A DNA stretch of 64,000 nucleotides from a virus, in the IMG/VR virus record IMGVR_UViG_3300037471_000902, positions 32,001-96,000 of that record; one strand, written 5' to 3'. Within the stretch, counting starts at the first letter, position 1, and every line of letters begins with the position of its first letter. Under the pieces are notes generated by a model that was not told where the DNA came from, did not search any database, and saw only the letters and a list, made by a program, of their open reading frames with translations. This document shows, piece by piece, positions 28,666-38,177 of this stretch. A program made the translations under genes and the position numbers.

Positions 28666-31600
28666 ATGGCGCTTAATTTTCCGTCAAGTCCTACGCCTGG
28701 ACAAACATATACGTTCGGCTCTAAGACCTGGACGTGGGATGGCACTGTCTGGAATCTAACACCAACTGTAGCATTGTCGAGTCAGTATGGTGGTACCGGC
28801 GTGAACAACGCCGGGAAAACTATTACACTTGGTGGTAATCTAACAACGTCTGGATCAAATGATCTGACGTTTACAACAACTGGTTCCACAAACATTACAT
28901 TGCCAACAACTGGGACAGTAGCTACACTTGATGGTGTTGAGACATTCACGAACAAGACGATATCAGCACCAGTTGTTATTGGACCAGTTGACCAACGCGA
29001 TGGAACAACAGGACAAGACTATAGACTCTATAACACCTATACAGACGCATCTAATTACGAGCGTGCATACCTACGTTGGACTGGAAACGTCTTAAAGTTC
29101 GGTACTGAAGCTGCAGGAACTGGTGTGGTTCGTGACATTTGGGTAGTTGCAGGTACTGGCGGAAACGTGTATATTGGGGCGAACACCGCACCACGGTGGC
29201 TGGTCAACAACACTGCGGCCTTCCTGCCAGCTGCTGATAACACACAGACAATTGGCAGCGCGAGCGCTCAAGTGTCTGTTGTGTATATTGGTAGCCGCAT
29301 TCAATTAAACGCAGTCGGATACCTTGCGTGGGGAGCCGACACGAACATGTACCGGGAGGCAGCAAGTACTCTTGCTTATCGCAACGGTGGCCAGCCTAAC
29401 ACGTTGCGAATCTACAACACATACACTGACGCATCAAACTATGAACGTTTGAGACTTGGATTTGCAACCAACATTGCATATCTAAGCACTGAGTCCTTAG
29501 GCACCGGTACGCAGCGTGGTTTGGTTATCAACGCGGCCACTCAGGATTTTCAGATCGCAGGTTCAACAAAATGGTCAATTGACAGTAGCGGAAATCTAAC
29601 AGCTACTGGATCGAATGACATTACTACGTCTGGCGACTTCACGGCTGGTAACCATCGTATATTCAGCTTCACTCGCACAGTTCCAACAACTGTTGGTGTT
29701 GAAGTCGACATAGGCACATTTTCATTACTAACTGTTGGCACGACGAATATTGACATGTGGATCAACGTTCAGAGCAGCAGTTTTTCTGTCGCCAAGCGCT
29801 ACAACATCCCAGTCACTTATGGAGCAACAAGTGGTGCTTGGCAGACGGTGGTGCCAATCAATAATTCTGGTCCGTACTTAGGTAATGACTTTGACTTAGA
29901 GATCCAGGTAAACTCCGGATCAGCGCTCTTACGTATGCGCCGTTCCGCTGGAACAACTGCGGGCACAGCCTACATCGTAATGTCTGTAGCTGGTGTGTCA
30001 AGTGACGCATTTTCACCGTCCACTACCACATCCGCAGTGGCAGCACCGACCGTTAAGTACGCGCCAGCGCTGGTGAATATTGACACAGTCACTAACCCAG
30101 ATATTAATGGTGGTACAGTTGATTCGCTAACCACACTTTCTATTCGTAACCAGGGAACTGGTGCTTTTGATCTATCTTTTGTGCATAACGGCACAATGAC
30201 CGCAGGGCGATCACTGACTCTTAATGTCAACGACGCATCACGCAGTATTAGCCTGAGTGGTGATCTAACGCTTGCGTCAGCACTCACTACTGTCGGTGCA
30301 TTCACGCTGTCGTTAACAACTACTGGAACAACTAACGTCACCTTACCAACAACAGGAACGCTTGCCACGTTAGCAGGCACCGAGACGTTTACTAACAAGA
30401 CGATTGGCGATACTTTAACTCTGGGTGCTGCTGGAAGTGCAACTTCACCGCAAATTTTGCTGAACGGCTCCAGTATGAACTGGATTCAGTTCACGATTGC
30501 GGGTGTTGGTGCACCAGCATTCACAACAAGAAGTTCAGGTACGAAGCTTGTGCTGTGGCCTCAAGTCGACGCTACGAACGTCGACTATGCAATAGGCATA
30601 GAGAACTCTAACATTTGGTTTAGTGTTCCAACCTCGGCTAGCCAGTATGGTTTTAAGTGGTACACAGGTACGACCAACGCTGCCACTCTGAATTCTGTTG
30701 GTTTAACCGTTACTGGTACGATCGCGGCGTCTAATCTGAGTTTAGGTGGAAACTTTGCTACGTCTGGCGCGAGTGCTCTCACTCTGACAACGACTGGCGC
30801 GACGAACGTCACACTTCCTACCGCAGGTACACTTGCGACTCTGGCTGGAACGGAAACGCTCACAAATAAGACACTGACCACGCCGCAAATTAACGCAGCT
30901 ACGGTCGGTGTGGCGGCTACTGTCACCGCAGGTACTAATGCGCAAGGCCAGGGTGCATTGACGTCAGATATAAACGTCGTCACAACAGCCTCTAACAATC
31001 CTAGTGGTGTGACACTACCAACGGCGACGGTGGGCCGTTGGGTGAGTATTGTGAACTCGGGTGCCAATCCATTAAAAGTCTATCCTGCTTCAGGTGCAGC
31101 AATTGATGGTTTGGGAGCGAACGTCGCTGTTGATCTACCAGTTGGTGCTAAGCTAGAATTTTTAGCTTCGACAACAACAAAATGGCATTCATCAGCAACT
31201 GGTGCCAAGGGAGCGGGTGTTCTGACACTCGCTGGCAACTTGACAACGTCTGGTGCGTTCGCCACAACACTCACGATGACTGGTGCTACCAGCGTCACGC
31301 TTCCAACAGCTGGTACCCTTGCAACACTTGCTGGTACTGAAACACTCTCGAACAAAACTATCAGCGGTGGCACGTTCTCTGGCACGATCGCTGGAACTCC
31401 TACTATTTCTGGCAACTGGACCATGGACGGGGCATTCCCCGGCATGTACCTAAACGAGAACGATCAGGGAACTGACCTTAAGAAGTGGTTCATGGTCGTA
31501 GATGGACAGCAATTCCAGTTTCAGACGCGAACTGACGCGAACGCTGTTATCGCAACACCATTTGCGGTGAATAGATCTGGAAACTTGACTGTTCTGGGAA

Positions 31601-32754
31601 CAGTAACTAGCAACGGCGGAAAGGTTCTGACTCTCGCTGGTAATTTGACAACGTCTGGAGCATTTGCTACTACCCTAACAGCTACTGGAACCACAACTGT
31701 TACCCTACCCACGACAGGTACACTGGCAACACTGGCTGGAACAGAAACGTTTACCAGCAAGACATTAACTAGTCCAACGGTCAACGGTGGAGCTTTGACG
31801 GCACTGACTGCTCTAGGAATTAGATCAACGGGTACGGGCGCTTTTGACCTTACACTTGCCAATACCGAAAACCTGACGGCTGGCCGCACGCTTACACTGA
31901 AGGTCAATGACGCTGCACGTACAGTCGATTTGGCTGGTAACCTGACGCTCGCATCATCCTTCACCACGAGTGGCGCCAACGCACTCACGTTGACCACAAC
32001 AGGTTCAACGAACGTCACGTTGCCAACGAGCGGAACGCTGGCAACGCTGGCTGGCACTGAGACATTGACTAATAAGACACTGAGCGCACCAGTAGTCTCG
32101 TACGCCTCAGTTACACCTGGCACAAACACGCAAGGTCAAGGTGCAATGACTGCGGACATCAACGTGGTCAGTACAGTTGGAAGTAACCCGTCCGGTGTAA
32201 CTCTGCCAACGGCCACTACAGGAAGAAGAATCACTGTAATTAACCGATCTGGTGGAAATATTGCAGTTTTTCCAGCGTCTGGTGGAACAATCGATACATT
32301 GACAATCAATGCGTCGGTTGTTATGCCAGTAAACAGTATCCTTGAGTTTTTTGCAACGTCAAGCACCCAGTGGTACTCCACGTCTGTTCGAGTTTTATCA
32401 GGCTCAACTAATGTATACGGACTTGGTTATGCTCCGACGGGAACAGGTAGTACTTTACAGCAGAGTTCACCTCGAACAACATCTGTCACAATAAACACAC
32501 TAAGTGGATACTTCCTGATGGCTTCAGTTGCACAAGCTGACGCAGACGCAGGGGCAGTAATATTCACAGTAAACAATTCTGCGGTTGCATCGCAGGATGT
32601 CGTTATTGCAAATGCATGTAGTTCTAGCTATGATTGGGTTGTACAAGTAGTCAAGGTTGGAAGTGGTTTCTTTAGACTGCGCGTGGTAAACGTGAACGGT
32701 TCCTCTGTGACTGAAGGTACACCGATCTCATTTGCAGTGTTCAAGAACACATAA
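28666..32754 (+). CDS. Long mosaic tail fibre protein
   Basis: 1362 aa; MALNFPSSPTPGQTYT..WTWDG N-terminal module; multiple TLPT.GTLATLAGTET.TNKT cassettes; duplicated YNTYTDASNYER. Confidence 0.85.
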   Translation: MALNFPSSPTPGQTYTFGSKTWTWDGTVWNLTPTVALSSQYGGTGVNNAGKTITLGGNLTTSGSNDLTFTTTGSTNITLPTTGTVATLDGVETFTNKTISAPVVIGPVDQRDGTTGQDYRLYNTYTDASNYERAYLRWTGNVLKFGTEAAGTGVVRDIWVVAGTGGNVYIGANTAPRWLVNNTAAFLPAADNTQTIGSASAQVSVVYIGSRIQLNAVGYLAWGADTNMYREAASTLAYRNGGQPNTLRIYNTYTDASNYERLRLGFATNIAYLSTESLGTGTQRGLVINAATQDFQIAGSTKWSIDSSGNLTATGSNDITTSGDFTAGNHRIFSFTRTVPTTVGVEVDIGTFSLLTVGTTNIDMWINVQSSSFSVAKRYNIPVTYGATSGAWQTVVPINNSGPYLGNDFDLEIQVNSGSALLRMRRSAGTTAGTAYIVMSVAGVSSDAFSPSTTTSAVAAPTVKYAPALVNIDTVTNPDINGGTVDSLTTLSIRNQGTGAFDLSFVHNGTMTAGRSLTLNVNDASRSISLSGDLTLASALTTVGAFTLSLTTTGTTNVTLPTTGTLATLAGTETFTNKTIGDTLTLGAAGSATSPQILLNGSSMNWIQFTIAGVGAPAFTTRSSGTKLVLWPQVDATNVDYAIGIENSNIWFSVPTSASQYGFKWYTGTTNAATLNSVGLTVTGTIAASNLSLGGNFATSGASALTLTTTGATNVTLPTAGTLATLAGTETLTNKTLTTPQINAATVGVAATVTAGTNAQGQGALTSDINVVTTASNNPSGVTLPTATVGRWVSIVNSGANPLKVYPASGAAIDGLGANVAVDLPVGAKLEFLASTTTKWHSSATGAKGAGVLTLAGNLTTSGAFATTLTMTGATSVTLPTAGTLATLAGTETLSNKTISGGTFSGTIAGTPTISGNWTMDGAFPGMYLNENDQGTDLKKWFMVVDGQQFQFQTRTDANAVIATPFAVNRSGNLTVLGTVTSNGGKVLTLAGNLTTSGAFATTLTATGTTTVTLPTTGTLATLAGTETFTSKTLTSPTVNGGALTALTALGIRSTGTGAFDLTLANTENLTAGRTLTLKVNDAARTVDLAGNLTLASSFTTSGANALTLTTTGSTNVTLPTSGTLATLAGTETLTNKTLSAPVVSYASVTPGTNTQGQGAMTADINVVSTVGSNPSGVTLPTATTGRRITVINRSGGNIAVFPASGGTIDTLTINASVVMPVNSILEFFATSSTQWYSTSVRVLSGSTNVYGLGYAPTGTGSTLQQSSPRTTSVTINTLSGYFLMASVAQADADAGAVIFTVNNSAVASQDVVIANACSSSYDWVVQVVKVGSGFFRLRVVNVNGSSVTEGTPISFAVFKNT

Positions 32755-32790
32755 AACCTGTAAATATTATCTTATCATAAGGAGATCTTT

Positions 32791-33123
32791 ATGAACGACC
32801 TACTATTTTGTGTATTATTTCTATGGGGCTTCTGGCTCCTATACATCTTAGTCATGGGTCTCTATAGAGCGCATCTTCAGGGGCGCCTAGGCAAGGTAGC
32901 AACAGTTCTAGCATATCCAGCCGTGCTACTCGGTTACGCTGTTGACGCATTCTCAAACATCACCCTAGCAACGCTATTTTTTGCAGATTTACCCCGTGAG
33001 CTGCTAGTCACGACACGGCTCAAGCGTTACAAGGCAATTGACGATGGGTGGAGAAAAGCTGCTGCAGAATGGATTTGCACGAACTTGCTTGACCCATTCG
33101 ATCCTAGTGGTGATCATTGCTAA
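32791..33123 (+). CDS. Small membrane protein downstream of the fibres
   Basis: Two hydrophobic segments; ends WICTNLLDPFDPSGDHC; TAAATA at 32761 and AAGGAG RBS. Confidence 0.7.
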   Translation: MNDLLFCVLFLWGFWLLYILVMGLYRAHLQGRLGKVATVLAYPAVLLGYAVDAFSNITLATLFFADLPRELLVTTRLKRYKAIDDGWRKAAAEWICTNLLDPFDPSGDHC

Positions 33124-33134
33124 AGGGGCGAATC

Positions 33135-33632
33135 ATGGACTATGTAGAAGGAAGAAATGAAATCAAGTCAGGCGACCTTCTTGCATTCACACATGTCGGA
33201 TGGAAGAGCTGGCGTGACATCAAGATTCAGATCGTTCGAATGTTTACTAAGTCTGAATATTCGCACGTTGGTGTAGCGTGGGTTGTTGGGGGTCGCGTAT
33301 TTGTTCTCGAGGCTGTAGTTCCCCTAATACGCATTTATCCACTTTCTAAGTGCGGCAATTTCTACCACATTCCCATGGATTTGAACTGGACTCCTGATGT
33401 GGAAGGTTTTGCATTATCCAAAGTGGGTGAGGAATATTCTCAATTCGAGGCCATACTCGCGTCTATTGATAAACTTGAGCAGGGCGCAAATAACAAATGG
33501 GAATGCGCAGAGTATGTCAAAGCAGTTTTTGGGAAGGCCGGTGTTGTATTGAATGGCGAGGCTACTCCTACTGACGTTGTCAGAAGTGCACAAGAACTGG
33601 GAAAATGCACTCGCCTCGTTAGGAATAGTTGA
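33135..33632 (+). CDS. Permuted papain-like (YaeF/YiiX, NlpC/P60-type) enzyme
   Basis: GDLLAF, YSHVGV (His), VLEAV, WECAEYV (Cys after His), TPTDV. Confidence 0.8.
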   Translation: MDYVEGRNEIKSGDLLAFTHVGWKSWRDIKIQIVRMFTKSEYSHVGVAWVVGGRVFVLEAVVPLIRIYPLSKCGNFYHIPMDLNWTPDVEGFALSKVGEEYSQFEAILASIDKLEQGANNKWECAEYVKAVFGKAGVVLNGEATPTDVVRSAQELGKCTRLVRNS

Positions 33633-33686
33633 TTCTAGTTAAAATATTTCTTTCATAACATTTCACATCAGTCATCTAAATAGCTG

Positions 33687-34421
33687 ATGCACACAAACAT
33701 GAATTTCCTTATTACCTTAGATCTGGACAGCGACACGGCCCCAGATTTCTCTAACGAGTTCAAAGAATTTGTCAAGAAGTTCAACCTAGAAGTAACTGAA
33801 ACTTTACTTGACAATAGCCACACAGCAATGTTCACTAAGCAGTTGGCAAAAGTTGAAGAATCTGAAGAGCTTAGCCCTGAAGAGGCTGAGAAAACTCCAG
33901 CATTAAACGAGGATGACCTCTGCCCCACATGTGGCGAGGCAGAGTGTAATTGCCCAGAACCAGAACATAAGTGTGAAATGTGTGACGATGATCACAAATG
34001 TGATGAATGCAGTTCTGATAAAGAAGACGTCAAGGAAGAACTGAAAATGTTTGACTTTGATCCTTGCAGAGTGCTCACACTCAGCACTCTTGTTGATATT
34101 CCTGTCAAGGTTAATTTGCAAGAGAAAAATACGAAGCTTTTTGTAAGCTCCGTTCTTAGTGAGAACCAAGTTGTTCGCTTCCACTACAACTCTCATTATC
34201 ACGCGCTTCCAAGTTATACAGATAATCGTGTGCATATCGTGAATGAGGGGCATGACGTTGGGTCAGCGACTGTTCGCCTCGTCCTCGACTTTGCTGGTAA
34301 GACATTCCCATCTCTAGTAGATATTACAGAAGGTCAAGAGGACGTACTCATCATTGGATCAGATCTCTTTGAGATCATCCAAAAGGATAAGGGTACTTCT
34401 GATGTTGTATCGACCAAATAA
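33687..34421 (+). CDS. Hypothetical protein with a Cys/His-rich linker
   Basis: CPTCGEAECNCPEPEHKCEMCDDDHKCDEC; TAAATA at 33677-33682 within a hairpin. Confidence 0.65.
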   Translation: MHTNMNFLITLDLDSDTAPDFSNEFKEFVKKFNLEVTETLLDNSHTAMFTKQLAKVEESEELSPEEAEKTPALNEDDLCPTCGEAECNCPEPEHKCEMCDDDHKCDECSSDKEDVKEELKMFDFDPCRVLTLSTLVDIPVKVNLQEKNTKLFVSSVLSENQVVRFHYNSHYHALPSYTDNRVHIVNEGHDVGSATVRLVLDFAGKTFPSLVDITEGQEDVLIIGSDLFEIIQKDKGTSDVVSTK

Positions 34422-35112
34422 TATCGAGTTTCGTGTAGCATCTGCGGCTGCAATTGGGGAATTCAAAACAGCCCAAGCTCACACATTCCTGCAGGTATGT
34501 CGCAGAGAATTTGAGTTCGGTCTTTCCGCCAAGGAAGTAGTACTGCTGTCCTATGACAGATTCTCTCATTGGCTGTTTGACATTGAGCGTGATTTTCTTG
34601 ATGCATCGCACAAACAGACATCTCAGGCGTTGATTGACAAGCTCGTGAGATTATTTCATGGTGAATTGCAAGTCATTGAACAGATCTGTGCTGATAATCC
34701 CGAGATTTTCAGTAAGTCTATTCAAGAATATGTCAAGTGTATCCATGGATATGCAGCAGAAGATATGCAGCTTGTTATTTCACAGGTTGCAGATAATAAA
34801 CCATCCAAAGCATTCATCGCCGTCAGCGAATGCTTAACAGATTATCTTCAACATCTTCTACTAGCAATGCACGAGTACAACAATAATCTTGTCTTACGAA
34901 ATGCTCCATTCCTGTGCATTGGTAGATACAGTCTTCTACCAAAGAAAGACGGCTATTCATCGATTACAGAACGAGCAGCATTCTTTCGAGAAGTATTAGG
35001 ACCACATCAGACATTTATCATCAAGAATTTTACTGATGAAGCACTGGAAGAATCTGTCATCAGTGCGTTAGAAAAGTCTGGAATAATCGCGCACGCGGAA
35101 GTTCTGGTGTAA
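34402..35112 (+). CDS. Hypothetical helical protein
   Basis: Long ORF overlapping the end of the upstream gene; start uncertain. Confidence 0.65.
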   Translation: MLYRPNNIEFRVASAAAIGEFKTAQAHTFLQVCRREFEFGLSAKEVVLLSYDRFSHWLFDIERDFLDASHKQTSQALIDKLVRLFHGELQVIEQICADNPEIFSKSIQEYVKCIHGYAAEDMQLVISQVADNKPSKAFIAVSECLTDYLQHLLLAMHEYNNNLVLRNAPFLCIGRYSLLPKKDGYSSITERAAFFREVLGPHQTFIIKNFTDEALEESVISALEKSGIIAHAEVLV

Positions 35113-35156
35113 ACTGTCTTTCAGATAAATACAATCTGATAAGCAGCAGGCATGCC

Positions 35157-35816
35157 ATGGACTTCCTTTTCGACATTGTAAAGCAACTAGCTGCAAGCCT
35201 AAGCCCAACGCAGTTTTTGTGGATACTCGGCATTATTGCGGGGACCACGTTTTTCTTGGTGCGGTTTATCCTAGCAAACAAAAAGAAAATTGTTTCTTGG
35301 TTGACTGGACAAAAAGAAGTAGATGAAACACAGGTTGCATTGCAGGACATCAAGGCCGCACTTTTAAAACTGTTGACAACGCAAGATTTTCAACAGGACT
35401 TAGCTCGCCTCGATGTTAGCATAAAACTGGCGCTCACTGCCCAAGCTGCTGATTTGGAGGCTATTCGCGAAAAACTTGTTGAGCTTTCATCTATCAAGAC
35501 AGAACTTGTTACAGCAAGTCGACATATTCTTGACGAATTGTCAGAGATTAAGCATACTATTCATGTGCACAATGACGGAAGTCAGACGCAATATCGTGAT
35601 GTGCTTTTGCAGCTGAATAAGAGCCATGAACTCATTGCTCGTAACCTGATGCAAATTGAAAAGATGGACGAGTTTTTCAAAGCCACCGTGCCTGAATTCC
35701 GTGGTTATCATCATGAGCTTGGCACTGAGCTGAATAATCTCAGCCGTGACATTGCGCTGGTTGAGCGCAGCATTCAGATGCAGATGAACTCTGGGTTGGC
35801 AGTAAAACTCAGATAA
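35157..35816 (+). CDS. Membrane-anchored coiled-coil protein
   Basis: TM segment FLWILGIIAGTTFFLVRFIL followed by heptad repeats; TAAATA at 35126-35131 in a hairpin loop. Confidence 0.7.
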   Translation: MDFLFDIVKQLAASLSPTQFLWILGIIAGTTFFLVRFILANKKKIVSWLTGQKEVDETQVALQDIKAALLKLLTTQDFQQDLARLDVSIKLALTAQAADLEAIREKLVELSSIKTELVTASRHILDELSEIKHTIHVHNDGSQTQYRDVLLQLNKSHELIARNLMQIEKMDEFFKATVPEFRGYHHELGTELNNLSRDIALVERSIQMQMNSGLAVKLR

Positions 35817-35845
35817 ATACAGAACATTCTTCATAATATACACAT

Positions 35846-36484
35846 ATGGCCGTCAAATCCCCTTTCATCATTCGACCAGATTTTTTATCACCATTAATGT
35901 GTGAGAGAATCCTTGCCGATCTGGATACTACTCCTAATTTTGACGTAGAGGGTGATCCTCTCAAGCTGGAGAGACACAATTTGGCATGGGAACAGACGAT
36001 CATTGATGCCTTTCATGAGGTTGTTCCAGAGATTGAGGAACGATATAGCTGTGTGTATAGAGGACTAGAAAAACCTCTGTTCCAACTCTATCCAGAGAAT
36101 GCTAAGGTTCCAGCTGAACAGCCCGGATGTGCTAATAGCAAATACATCCGCAAGCGGTGGGTCCAAACTCGAGACATTGATTTAGTCGGTTTTATCTGGC
36201 TAAAGGATTTCAACTCCAGTGTTCCCCTTGATCCGCGTGTTGAGGTCTTCGGTGGAAAGCTAGAATTTCCCGCCTATAACTTCTCGCTTGTGCCTCAGAA
36301 GGGTACGCTTGTCATGTTTCCTGCAGGCCCACACTTTATTACAGTTACATCACCGATTTTACTAGGATCGCTACAGCAAGTAAAATTAACTGTAAGCGTA
36401 AAAACAACTGAAGGTGGTCAGTGGTTTTATCAACCGACAAACTTTCCAGGCAAATGGCAAGATTGGCTCAATGAGCATCTTTAA
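35846..36484 (+). CDS. 2OG-Fe(II) oxygenase-fold protein, apparently lacking the canonical HxD...H ligands
   Basis: DFLSPLMCE start, GGKLEFP, PQKGTLVMFPA (prolyl-hydroxylase-like core). Confidence 0.65.
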   Translation: MAVKSPFIIRPDFLSPLMCERILADLDTTPNFDVEGDPLKLERHNLAWEQTIIDAFHEVVPEIEERYSCVYRGLEKPLFQLYPENAKVPAEQPGCANSKYIRKRWVQTRDIDLVGFIWLKDFNSSVPLDPRVEVFGGKLEFPAYNFSLVPQKGTLVMFPAGPHFITVTSPILLGSLQQVKLTVSVKTTEGGQWFYQPTNFPGKWQDWLNEHL

Positions 36485-36492
36485 GGAATAAT

Positions 36493-36942
36493 ATGAAGAT
36501 TCGCGACATCATTGAAGGAAACGTTACCCACATAAAGCGCGTTCTTGATCTGGCAACAGGTGAGTGGAAGATGATTGACATGTCTAAGGCAAAGCCAATC
36601 AGCATGATGGCTGCACTTGGCGATGAAGAAGGTGCAGCCCTCCAGGAAGCTGGAGTTCATCTGGCTGAGAAGCCAGATGATTGGGAATATCTTGATGATC
36701 ACTACGTCATTACTCCTTCTAAGATGCGAAAGGTTGAAGAAATCTTAGGACGCGAACTTGATCGTGTAGCTGGTGAAACTCTTTTTGGTGGTGTAAAACC
36801 TCGAGGTCCTCTTGCTCAACTTAGCAAGGAACCGAAGAGAGGGATTTTTGTCATTCAGTTCGTGCAGGATGGCAGCAAATATCTTGTAAACACATTGCAC
36901 GCCAACTCATACATTCGTATGTGGGCTAAGATTGACGTATGA
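36493..36942 (+). CDS. Hypothetical protein with a capsid-targeting-like leader
   Basis: MKIRDIIE; internal MMAALGDEE...LQE. Confidence 0.7.
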   Translation: MKIRDIIEGNVTHIKRVLDLATGEWKMIDMSKAKPISMMAALGDEEGAALQEAGVHLAEKPDDWEYLDDHYVITPSKMRKVEEILGRELDRVAGETLFGGVKPRGPLAQLSKEPKRGIFVIQFVQDGSKYLVNTLHANSYIRMWAKIDV

Positions 36943-37493
36943 AACTTCACAAAATTCTTCTAGAACAGGAACGTGGCTGGCGCGTTCTGCATGGCGCGGA
37001 AGCTGACAAAGATGAGTACGTTGGTGCTCGGGTTGGTACACTAGATGACACAACCTACGACGAGCTTGTTGCTATTTTAGGTGAACCAACTGAAAAAAAT
37101 GTCGGTGATGATTTTGATAAGTGTGCTGTCAAATGGGTCATTCTTGGAAATGATGGAACAGTTTGCCGCATTTATGACTACAAGCAGTCCACACAGTACA
37201 CTGGCGACGAAGACTTAGAATTCAGCAATCTCCATGATGATGAGGATGTTGCTAGGGAATTGGAAATGAAACAACATGGAAGGTCGCAAACTGAAGCTGA
37301 GAGATTGGGGGTTTCGCGTGTCAATTCGTGGAGTATTGGTGGTGGAGCAAACGACATTGAAAAGAGATTGCATGATCGGTTCGGGCAAAGGATGACAGCT
37401 GGCGTCGCCGTTGAATTAGCCAAAAAAATATTTGGTGATAAAGCTGTTCACAGCATCTTTGAGAAACCCTTTAGGGACATGTTTAACAGTTAA
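36939..37493 (+). CDS. Phage protein (TTYDELV..LGEPT...IYDYK...WSIGG type) with a capsid-targeting-like leader
   Basis: MKLHKILLE leader; ATGA coupled. Confidence 0.7.
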   Translation: MKLHKILLEQERGWRVLHGAEADKDEYVGARVGTLDDTTYDELVAILGEPTEKNVGDDFDKCAVKWVILGNDGTVCRIYDYKQSTQYTGDEDLEFSNLHDDEDVARELEMKQHGRSQTEAERLGVSRVNSWSIGGGANDIEKRLHDRFGQRMTAGVAVELAKKIFGDKAVHSIFEKPFRDMFNS

Positions 37494-37545
37494 TTTAAAA
37501 CTCTTGCTGTGATAAAATCATACAGTCGAGGACCCCTCTTGATGT

Positions 37546-38109
37546 ATGAGCATTGATGATATCGAACTTTCAGGATCCTTCTTTCGAAGACTTGCTCCAT
37601 CCGAACAGCAAGTCTTCCTTCAAAATCTCGCAACGCGTCGTAGACGATATGAGGCAATTAGCTCAGCGTTACGAGGTGAATGCGGTCTTTCCGAAGAGTG
37701 CAAGAAAAAACTTCTCATTGTGGGCGACCGACCCGGTCCATCCAGACCCACAGATCCTCGATTTCATCATACACCTTTCTATTCCACATTCCACTGTTCA
37801 GGATGGCTCAACGCACTTCAGGTTGATGAAGGAACGCCAGAGGACGAGCTCGTCTGGATTAACTCTACAAATGAGTTGGGATGCAATCTCCCTGGAAGAA
37901 TCCTCACAGCGCTAGAACCATGGGGAATTATCTTGCTGGGCGGACATGCAAGTAAGTGGTTTGAAAGCACTGATGGGAATGAGAACTGGCGAATTCAATT
38001 CCGTTTTGACCATCCTCAGTACTGGAAGCGGTTTCGGAACAAGGATCCATATCCTATCTTCCGAGAGATGAATGAGTTGATTGCCGGACGCAGAGACAGA
38101 TTGTGGTAA
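37546..38109 (+). CDS. Uracil-DNA-glycosylase-superfamily protein
   Basis: LLIVGDRPG, PF...SG.WL, WIN, IILLG..A, HPQY motifs; extended -10 TGATAAAAT at 37510-37518. Confidence 0.7.
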   Translation: MSIDDIELSGSFFRRLAPSEQQVFLQNLATRRRRYEAISSALRGECGLSEECKKKLLIVGDRPGPSRPTDPRFHHTPFYSTFHCSGWLNALQVDEGTPEDELVWINSTNELGCNLPGRILTALEPWGIILLGGHASKWFESTDGNENWRIQFRFDHPQYWKRFRNKDPYPIFREMNELIAGRRDRLW

Positions 38110-38147
38110 TTTGATTGTCTGAAGGGGTCAGATGAGGCCCAGAGATG

Positions 38148-38177
38148 AAAAAAGGGAGCCTATGAAAGCTCCCTTTT
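38148..38177. terminator. Bidirectional intrinsic terminator at a convergence point
   Basis: aaaaaagggagc-ctatgaaa-gctccctttt between convergent genes. Confidence 0.8.

Noticed and set aside
17787-32381. Many antisense ORFs (V/P/A-rich) opposite the fibre genes, and similar ones opposite 44-62 kb
   Set aside because: These are shadow frames caused by the Thr/Gly/Ala codon bias of the real genes; they have no independent signals.
17802-32754. Diversity-generating retroelement or invertible fibre cassette
   Set aside because: No reverse transcriptase or recombinase is in the window. The repeats are all coding, in direct orientation, and differ at synonymous sites rather than specifically at adenines.
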